Below are positions 1 through 6,183 of a stretch of 15,601 bases of DNA, piece after piece. The notes under the pieces are model-generated. The model was not told the origin of the DNA, did no database searches, and worked only from the letters and a program-made list of their open reading frames with translations. Source of the stretch: a bacterium (GTDB taxonomy: Bacteria > Sysuimicrobiota > Sysuimicrobiia > Sysuimicrobiales > Humicultoraceae); the NCBI GenBank assembly GCA_041497675.1, contig JBGQGY010000093.1, positions 1-15,601 of the forward strand, written 5' to 3'. Made by a program: the position numbers and the translations under genes. Each line of letters opens with the position of its first letter. Position 1 is the stretch's first letter.

Positions 1-1
1 C

Positions 2-145
2 ATCAGGTCGGTCATGCCGGCGGTCGTTAGCCTGTTCCTGTTGATTCCCTCGGGGGTCATTGTCGCAAAAAAGGACCGGCCCGCCGAGCACCAGAAATGG
101 GCGACGGCCACGATCAGCAGTATTGTGACGTACTGGCTGCGGTAG
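2..145 (+). CDS. 3' end of a hypothetical membrane protein (partial, begins before the window)
   Basis: Frame from base 2 is open to TAG at 143-145: IRSVMPAVVSLFLLIPSGVIVAKKDRPAEHQKWATATISSIVTYWLR*. It has a hydrophobic helix, a short charged loop and a second helix ending YWLR. It ends 1 nt from the convergent stop at 147. Not in the ORF track. Confidence 0.6.
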   Translation: MRSVMPAVVSLFLLIPSGVIVAKKDRPAEHQKWATATISSIVTYWLR

Positions 146-146
146 G

Positions 147-1190
147 CTACTTGCCGGCGGCGTTGTTCCCGATCCGCCGCGTCCACTCGGCGAGCACGCG
201 ATCGCGGTGGGCGGAGATGATCTTGAGGTCGTAGGCGACCAGATCGAGATCCTTGAGCGCGGTGACGCTCCTGGGGATCGGGACGTCAGACCGAACCGGG
301 TACGTCAGCTTGATCTTCGTCATCAGGTCCTGCGCCCGCCTGGAGAGCAACCAGTCGATGAATCGCTGCCCTCCGTCGGGGTTCGGGGCCCCCTTTACGA
401 GGGATACCGTTCCAAGGTCCCAACCGGTCTTCGGCGGGTACAGGAACCGGACCGGTCGCCCCTCGCTCTGCACAAGCGCCGCGTCGTGCGCGTATGCGAT
501 GCCGATGGCGTACTCGCCGGCCGCCACGGCGTTCGGCGGGATCGAACTCCCGGTCGGGTAGGCGCGGACGTTGCGGTCGAGCGCCGCGAGGTACTCCCAA
601 GCCCGCTCTTCACCCAGCCGAGAGATCTGCGCGATTAGGAACGTGAAGCCCGCGATCGACGTCGTGGGATTGGACGCCACGATGTGCCCGCGGTAGCGCG
701 CGTCGAGCAGATCATCGTAGGTCCGCGGAAAGCGCACACCCGGGAACTCTTTACGGAAGCGATCGACGTTGACGACGATTCCCAGCACCTGGATGGTCGT
801 CCCGGTCCAGAACCCGTCAGGATCACGATACGCCGGGGAGATCTCATTGCGCACTGCGCTGAGATATCGGTCCACGAGCCCGCGGTTCTTGAGGATCTCC
901 TGGAGGGCGCCGGGCGGGCCCAGGACGACGTCCGCCCGCGGCCGGCTGCGCTCGGCGGCCAGGCGCGCCGGGATTTCCGTAGACGGCATACGGACGAATT
1001 CAACCGACTGCCCGGTCGACGTGTAGTAGACGCGCATCATGCTGGCGATTTCGATCTCGTGCAACGGCGTGTAGACGAGCACCGTCCGGAGCTCGGGGGT
1101 CGCCGCCGACGACGCGGAAACCGCCAAGAGCGCGCAGACCGCGGCCAGCGCGGCGAGAGTCAGGCGGAGTCGTGCGGTCACGGTGTTCAT
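147..1190 (-). CDS. ABC transporter substrate-binding protein, AfuA/FbpA-like (Fe3+/sugar-phosphate/phosphonate cluster), 347 aa
   Basis: Signal peptide (RLRLTLAALAAVCALLAVSASSA), then family motifs VYTP, RLAAERSRPRADV, YRDPDGFWTG, PRTYDDLLD..YRG..ASNPTTS, GEYAIGIAYAHD and KGAPNPDGGQRFIDWLLS. Start placed at ATG 1190, because the ORF-track TTG at 1226 falls in the -35 box. Confidence 0.88.
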   Translation of the reverse strand: MNTVTARLRLTLAALAAVCALLAVSASSAATPELRTVLVYTPLHEIEIASMMRVYYTSTGQSVEFVRMPSTEIPARLAAERSRPRADVVLGPPGALQEILKNRGLVDRYLSAVRNEISPAYRDPDGFWTGTTIQVLGIVVNVDRFRKEFPGVRFPRTYDDLLDARYRGHIVASNPTTSIAGFTFLIAQISRLGEERAWEYLAALDRNVRAYPTGSSIPPNAVAAGEYAIGIAYAHDAALVQSEGRPVRFLYPPKTGWDLGTVSLVKGAPNPDGGQRFIDWLLSRRAQDLMTKIKLTYPVRSDVPIPRSVTALKDLDLVAYDLKIISAHRDRVLAEWTRRIGNNAAGK

Positions 1191-1197
1191 CCGGCGT

Positions 1198-1226
1198 ATC
1201 CTACTATTCCCGCGTTGCCGGTGCAA
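1198..1226 (-). promoter_or_regulatory. sigma70-type promoter for a probably leaderless mRNA
   Basis: Minus strand reads TTGCAC (1226-1221), 17 nt, TAGGAT (1203-1198), 7 nt, ATG (1190). No Shine-Dalgarno sequence. Confidence 0.7.
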
Positions 1227-1298
1227 TAGGCGCGTCCCGGCTGAAGGAAGGGCGGCGGTGACCGTGAATCAGAGATCAGTCCTGGGTGGAGGTGACGC

Positions 1299-1733
1299 GT
1301 GGCGTTTCTGCGATCAAAGTCGAGTAAGGTAGAAATGCTGAAAAACGTGCCTCTCTTCCGCGGCCTCTCGCAGCGGCAGGTCGAACAGATCGCCCGGCTG
1401 GCCGATGAACTCGAGGTGCCGGCCGGCAGGCGGCTGGCCAGCGCCGGGGACACAGGCCACGAACTCTTCGTCATCGTGGACGGGCAGGCGACCGTCACGA
1501 CGCCGAGTCGCCGCACGATCAAGCTGGGCCCGGGTGAGTTCTTCGGTGAGATGAGCCTGATCGACGGCGGCCCCCGATCGGCGACGGTCGACGCGGCCAC
1601 GCCGATGAAGCTGCTCGTGATCGGACACCGCGAGTTCTGGGAACTGCTGAACGAGGCCCCGCCGTTGACCGGCAAGATCATGCGCGCGCTCTCGCAGCGC
1701 CTGCGCGACGCCGAAGCGGCGGTGACGGCCTAG
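1299..1733 (+). CDS. stand-alone cyclic nucleotide-binding domain protein, 144 aa
   Basis: LKNVPLFRGLS, LFVIVDG and an intact phosphate-binding cassette GEFFGEMSLIDGGPRSATV. It ends after the C-helix with no HTH. RBS GGAGG at 1288-1292 precedes the GTG. Confidence 0.9.
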   Translation: MAFLRSKSSKVEMLKNVPLFRGLSQRQVEQIARLADELEVPAGRRLASAGDTGHELFVIVDGQATVTTPSRRTIKLGPGEFFGEMSLIDGGPRSATVDAATPMKLLVIGHREFWELLNEAPPLTGKIMRALSQRLRDAEAAVTA

Positions 1734-1752
1734 CCGCCCAACGCGGGCGGCT
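1732..1752 (+). other. GC-rich intergenic hairpin without U-tract
   Basis: AGCCGCCC-AACGC-GGGCGGCT forms a perfect 8-bp stem. It overlaps the upstream stop codon and ends 6 nt before ATG 1759. Confidence 0.6.
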
Positions 1753-1758
1753 CGCGGC

Positions 1759-3474
1759 ATGACGCGCCCGCTGACGCTCGTGCTCTCGGTTGCGGTCCTG
1801 TTCGTGGCCGCGCCCTCCCTCCCCGGCATCCCAAATCCAAAAGTCGCCGCTGAGGCCCCCGAGATCGGTCGCTCGGGCGGCACGCTCGTTGACGCGCAGG
1901 TCAGCGAGCCGCGCACCTTCAACCCGATCGTCTATACCGACGTGTCGACCGGCCGCGCGCTCGCCCAAATCTTCGATGGGCTTGTCGAAGCCAACTACAT
2001 CACGGGTGAGGTCGAACCGGCGCTGGCCGAATCGTGGACGATCAGCGCCGATCAGCGCACGTGGACGTTCACCCTGCGACAGGGGATCCGGTGGGCGGAC
2101 GGCCGGCCGCTGACCATGGACGATGTCCTGTTCAGCGTGCAGGTCATCTTCACCAACGGTGTCCAGAGCACGACCGCTGACCTGTTAACCATCAAAGGCA
2201 AGCCGGTGAGATACAAGAAGCTGGACGAGCGGCGCATCCAGTTCACGACCGAAGAACCCTTAGGCTTCTTCCTGCGCCTCCTTCAGGACCTGACGATCAT
2301 CCCAAAGCACAAACTGGCCGGGGCGCTCGCGCAGGGCGGCGTCAAGTTCAACTCGGTCTGGGGCGTCAATACGCCGCCGCGCGAGATCGTGGGCACCGGC
2401 CCGTTCGTAATGCAGCAGTACGTCTTTGGCCAGCGGCTCGTCTATGCGCGCAACCCGTACGCCTGGCGCGTGGATCGCGCCGGCAACCGCCTGCCGTACC
2501 TCGAGCGCTACGTCCTGCAGATCGTCCCCAACGTCGACGCCGAGAAGCTGAAATTCCTGGCCGGTGAGACCGATCTCTACGGCGCCCGACCACGCGAGTA
2601 CGCCGAATTCAAACGGGGAGAGGCGGCGGGCACCTACACCGTCTACGATGGCCCGGAAACGTTCTCGTCGCAGTATCTGGTCTTCAATCAGAACCCGAGA
2701 GGCGTCGGACCGCCGAAGCTGACCTGGTTTCAGGACGCCCGCTTCCGGCGAGCGCTGAATTACGCGATTGACCGGAACACGATCGTCCGGCAGGTGTTCG
2801 CCGGGCGCGCCACGCCCGCGTGGAGCCCGGTCAGCATCGCGGACAAACGGTACTACAACCCGCAGGTGCCGACGTATCCATATACTGTTGCGAGAGCGCA
2901 GGAGCTGTTGGTGGAGGCCGGATACAAGAGGGGCGCCGACGGATTCCTACGCGACGCGACAGGGAACATGATTGAGTTCACCCTCGCCACCAGCGCGCAG
3001 AGCCCCGATGGTGTGGCCATCGCCACCATCGTCCGCGAGGACTTCGTCAAACTCGGTATCAAGGTCACCTATACGCCCGAAGCGTTTGCGACGCTGGTCT
3101 CTAAGCTCGACAGCACCTTCAAATGGGATGCCATCATCATCGGCCTGACCGGCGACAACGAACCGGGTACCGCGCGCACCTACTGGCTGAGTTCCGGGGC
3201 CCTCCACGACTGGAATCCCCGACAGACGAAACCGGCCACAGACTGGGAGGCCGAGATCGACCGGATCTTCGAGCAGGCGGCGCGCGAGGTCGATCCCGAG
3301 AAGCGCCGCCCCTTGTACTTCCGGTGGCAGCAGATCGTGGCCGAACAGGTGCCGGCGATCTACTTCAGCAACCCAAAGACGCAACCGGTGGTTCGCAACA
3401 CCCTGGGCAACACCCGCCTTGGGCTTCAGGGGGCCACCGGGATGCTGATGACACGTTATTATCGCTCACCATGA
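1759..3474 (+). CDS. ABC transporter substrate-binding protein, family 5 (peptide/nickel; DppA/AppA-like), 571 aa
   Basis: Signal peptide, then GGTL, EPRTFNP, EPALAESWTIS..WTFTLRQGIRWADG.PLT.DDV.FS, GTGPF, RNPY.W..D..GNRLPYL and FRRALNYAIDR. Confidence 0.93.
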   Translation: MTRPLTLVLSVAVLFVAAPSLPGIPNPKVAAEAPEIGRSGGTLVDAQVSEPRTFNPIVYTDVSTGRALAQIFDGLVEANYITGEVEPALAESWTISADQRTWTFTLRQGIRWADGRPLTMDDVLFSVQVIFTNGVQSTTADLLTIKGKPVRYKKLDERRIQFTTEEPLGFFLRLLQDLTIIPKHKLAGALAQGGVKFNSVWGVNTPPREIVGTGPFVMQQYVFGQRLVYARNPYAWRVDRAGNRLPYLERYVLQIVPNVDAEKLKFLAGETDLYGARPREYAEFKRGEAAGTYTVYDGPETFSSQYLVFNQNPRGVGPPKLTWFQDARFRRALNYAIDRNTIVRQVFAGRATPAWSPVSIADKRYYNPQVPTYPYTVARAQELLVEAGYKRGADGFLRDATGNMIEFTLATSAQSPDGVAIATIVREDFVKLGIKVTYTPEAFATLVSKLDSTFKWDAIIIGLTGDNEPGTARTYWLSSGALHDWNPRQTKPATDWEAEIDRIFEQAAREVDPEKRRPLYFRWQQIVAEQVPAIYFSNPKTQPVVRNTLGNTRLGLQGATGMLMTRYYRSP

Positions 3475-4799
3475 CGGCCACGCGGGTCGTGATCCTCGGC
3501 GCCGGTGGGCGAGACTTCCACAACTTTAACGTCTACTTCCGCGATCGCCCCGAGTACACGGTCGTCGCCTTCACCGCCGCGCAGATCCCCGATATCGCGG
3601 GACGCACCTATCCGGCCGCGCTGGCGGGGCCTCTGTATCCGAATGGCATCCCGATCGTTACGGAAAGCGCGCTCGACGACCTGCTCCACAAAGAACGCGT
3701 GGACCAGGTCGTCTTCGCGTACAGTGACGTCTCGCACGAGCAGGTCATGCACCTGGCGTCGATCGCCCTGGCGGCGGGCGCGGGGTTCCGGTTGCTCGGC
3801 CCGAGCGAGACGATGTTGCGGGCCCGCATCCCCGTCGTTGCGGTCTGCGCGGTGCGGACCGGCAGTGGAAAGAGTCAGACCGCGCGCCGCATCGCCGCCG
3901 TGCTGCGAGAGGCCGGTCGCCGGGTGGCCATCATCCGTCATCCCATGGCCTATGGCGACCTGGCGCGGCAGGCCGTGCAGCGTTTCGCGACGCTCGAGGA
4001 TCTCGACCACGCGGACGTGACCGTCGAAGAACGAGAAGAGTACGAGCCACACCTCGCCCAGGGCAGCATCGTCTACGCGGGCGTGGACTACGCGGCCGTG
4101 CTGGCGGCCGCGGAACGCGAGGCGGACATCATCATCTGGGACGGCGGGAACAACGACTTCCCGTTTATCCAACCCGATCTACACGTGGTGGTCGCCGACC
4201 CCCTGCGCCCCGGACACGAGCTCCGGTATCATCCCGGTGAAACCAACCTGCGCATGGCGCACGTCGTGGTCATCAACAAGATCGACACGGCGCGACCCGA
4301 AGATGTCGCGACGGTGCGGCGCAATATCACCCAGGCGAACCCCGGCGCCACCGTGATCGAGGCGGCCTCGCCCGTGACGGTCGATCACCCAGAGGCCCTC
4401 GCCGGCCGCAGGGCGATCGTCGTTGAGGACGGGCCCACGGTGACGCACGGCGGGATGGCCTACGGCGCCGGGTTCATCGCCGCCGGGCGGTGTGGCGCGA
4501 CGGTCATCGATCCCCGGCCGTTTGCCGTCGGATCCATCGGGCAGACGTTTCGCGCCTATCCTCACCTCGACCACGTACTCCCGGCCATGGGCTATGGCCC
4601 CCACCAGTTGCAGGAACTGGAAGAGACGCTCCGCCGCGCCGACGCCGACGTCATCGTCATCGGGACACCGGTCGACCTGCGGCACATGTTACGGCTGAAC
4701 AAGCCCGCCGTCCGGGTCACTTACGAACTGGAAGAACGGTCGTCCCCCGGTCTGAGAGACCTTGTCCGGGCGTGGATAACAGATCCTTCCCGGGCCTGA
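3471..4799 (+). CDS. arcE: arginine synthetase ArcE-like P-loop protein (often annotated cyclic 2,3-diphosphoglycerate synthetase-like or predicted GTPase), 442 aa
   Basis: Motifs recognised from the family: ILGAGGRDFHNFN, VAFTA.QIPDI.GR.YP, FAYSDVSHE.VMHLAS, Walker A AVRTGSGKSQ, EEREEYEP, WDGGNNDFPF, HPGETN, VEDGPT.THGGM.YGAG and LPAMGYG. Start is ATG 3471, overlapping the upstream stop as ATGA. Confidence 0.82.
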   Translation: MTATRVVILGAGGRDFHNFNVYFRDRPEYTVVAFTAAQIPDIAGRTYPAALAGPLYPNGIPIVTESALDDLLHKERVDQVVFAYSDVSHEQVMHLASIALAAGAGFRLLGPSETMLRARIPVVAVCAVRTGSGKSQTARRIAAVLREAGRRVAIIRHPMAYGDLARQAVQRFATLEDLDHADVTVEEREEYEPHLAQGSIVYAGVDYAAVLAAAEREADIIIWDGGNNDFPFIQPDLHVVVADPLRPGHELRYHPGETNLRMAHVVVINKIDTARPEDVATVRRNITQANPGATVIEAASPVTVDHPEALAGRRAIVVEDGPTVTHGGMAYGAGFIAAGRCGATVIDPRPFAVGSIGQTFRAYPHLDHVLPAMGYGPHQLQELEETLRRADADVIVIGTPVDLRHMLRLNKPAVRVTYELEERSSPGLRDLVRAWITDPSRA

Positions 4800-4831
4800 G
4801 GGTGGCGGCCGAGGGGTAAAATGGATATATC

Positions 4832-4951
4832 ATGAAGAGATTCAGAATCGTCGCATTGTTCGTCGGCGTGCTCGCCGGCCTCAGCCTCGTGGCGTTCGCC
4901 GCGTACCTGGCGTACGTCGTCAGGCTGTGGCACCAGGCGATGGAAGCATAG
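4832..4951 (+). CDS. small single-pass membrane protein, 39 aa
   Basis: MKRFRIVALFVGVLAGLSLVAFAAYLAYVVRLWHQAMEA*. Basic N-terminus followed by about 25 uncharged residues, mostly GC-ending codons, and TAAAAT at 4817-4822 upstream. Shorter than anything in the ORF track. Confidence 0.55.
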   Translation: MKRFRIVALFVGVLAGLSLVAFAAYLAYVVRLWHQAMEA

Positions 4952-6026
4952 CCGCCTCGATCGCATAGCGCAGTATCGCGCCGATCCCGCCGTGGGCGCG
5001 CAGCCCGTCTGCGGGAGGTCCCTGCACCGGCGCCACCTGCGCACCGTGCCGGCGCGCCAACAGCGGCAGCGTCGGCATCTCCGCAAGCACGTTCCGGTCC
5101 ACGACGAGCGTCAATACCCGGCCCTGTTTGAGGGCATCGAGGGTCGGCTCGATCCCGGTCACCGCGCCACCCCTGGCCGTGCGGTCCAAGAGGGTGCCCA
5201 CGAGCTCGGCGTCCTGCCGCTGTTCCGCATCCAGCGCGATCGCCACCGTCCGGTCGCGGATCTCCGCCATGCCAGCGTGCGACTCCAGCGCAACGACACC
5301 GACAATCTTACTGCGCACCTCGGGCGCCAACGCCAGGCGAACCTCGCCCGTGACCTCGTCGGCCCCGCTCAGGATGAGGCGTTCGATGCCCTTTTCATGC
5401 ATGAAGTGAGCAGTCGCGCGCGCTACTTCTGTCAGGAACTGCCGGCGGCGGGCATCCACGCGGGCGTCAAACGTGTCGCGCTGCGCGCCCCGGCCGACGC
5501 CGACGCCGAACAGCCGGGTCGAGGTGGGCCGGCGTCCGGTCTTCGCGCGCCAGTTCTCGGTATGAAGCTCGAGCGTATCTTCCTCGATGACCGTCGTGTC
5601 GCCCAGATACCCTCTCAAGATACGGGCGTGCTCGTGGTCGACCACGAGGATCGCGTAGGGTTTATACTGATCCACGAGGTCGATCGCCACGGTCACATCC
5701 GGCGGCCCGTAGCGGACACGGTTGGGCACGGGGACAGGTACGTGATATTCCTTCCACAATCCAGGCGCCGCGAAAATGATGAGCCCACGGCCCTCGGGCC
5801 AATGCCGGCTGACAAGCGTCATGATGCGCCGCGCGCTTCGGCTGGCCAGTCGGAGGACCTCACCGGAGAGGTCTTTGAGCGCCTCCCGCATGGCATGCTG
5901 GACCCAGATGGCATAGGCCGGTTTTGCCCCCTGATTTTCCTTTTTGCGGCCATCGACATCAAGATAGATGGAAAAGACGTCCTTGCGATCTGTTTCAAGA
6001 ATCTCGAGGATATCACGATCTCGCAT
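4920..6026 (-). CDS. bacterial archaeo-eukaryotic release factor (baeRF/VLRF1, aeRF1-like) family protein, 368 aa
   Basis: N-domain VFSIYLDVD...GRGLIIFAAP; middle domain YAILVVDHEHARIL, loop GRGAQRD and RLILSG; eRF1 domain-3-like C-terminus AVTGIEPTLDALKQGRV.TLVV...HGGIGAILRY. RBS GGAGGTG lies 5 nt before ATG 6026. Confidence 0.85.
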   Translation of the reverse strand: MRDRDILEILETDRKDVFSIYLDVDGRKKENQGAKPAYAIWVQHAMREALKDLSGEVLRLASRSARRIMTLVSRHWPEGRGLIIFAAPGLWKEYHVPVPVPNRVRYGPPDVTVAIDLVDQYKPYAILVVDHEHARILRGYLGDTTVIEEDTLELHTENWRAKTGRRPTSTRLFGVGVGRGAQRDTFDARVDARRRQFLTEVARATAHFMHEKGIERLILSGADEVTGEVRLALAPEVRSKIVGVVALESHAGMAEIRDRTVAIALDAEQRQDAELVGTLLDRTARGGAVTGIEPTLDALKQGRVLTLVVDRNVLAEMPTLPLLARRHGAQVAPVQGPPADGLRAHGGIGAILRYAIEAAMLPSPGATA

Positions 6027-6055
6027 TTGGTCACCTCCCGCTTCTGTCCACCTCC

Positions 6056-6154
6056 ACCGTACCGGACCTGCGGGGAAGGTGGCATCGGGCACGGACCCGA
6101 TATGCTCACTCGGCCAGGCAGCCGATGGCCCGGGCAGCGCCCGGCTGGCACAAT
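6056..6154. promoter_or_regulatory. divergent promoter pair with two palindromic operator sites
   Basis: TCGGG-cacgga-CCCGA (6085-6100) and TCGGC-caggca-GCCGA (6110-6125). -10-like TACGGT on minus (6061-6056) and extended TGg-CACAAT on plus (6146-6154). Each hexamer is 23 nt from its nearer palindrome. Confidence 0.6.
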
Positions 6155-6183
6155 TGATCTGATTTCGAGGAGGGGATAGCGAC

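Noticed and set aside
1257..1280. Possible CRP site (GTGA repeats) upstream of the cNMP-binding gene
   Set aside because: No TCAC half-site at the 6-nt spacing.
3123..3470. N-terminal extension of the 558-aa ORF
   Set aside because: It overlaps the binding-protein gene in another frame. Family similarity starts at MTATRVVILG (ATG 3471, ATGA coupling).
6154..6168. Possible FNR box TTGAT...
   Set aside because: Only one half-site matches; there is no ATCAA at the 4-nt spacing.
4992..6179. Long antisense or alternate-frame ORFs (for example 4992-6179 +, 6106-7005 -, 8762-9643 +, 9357-10457 -, 9815-10657 +, 14725-15540 +)
   Set aside because: Shadow ORFs expected in GC-rich DNA. They are Arg/Gly/His-rich, lack motifs and lie over well-supported genes.
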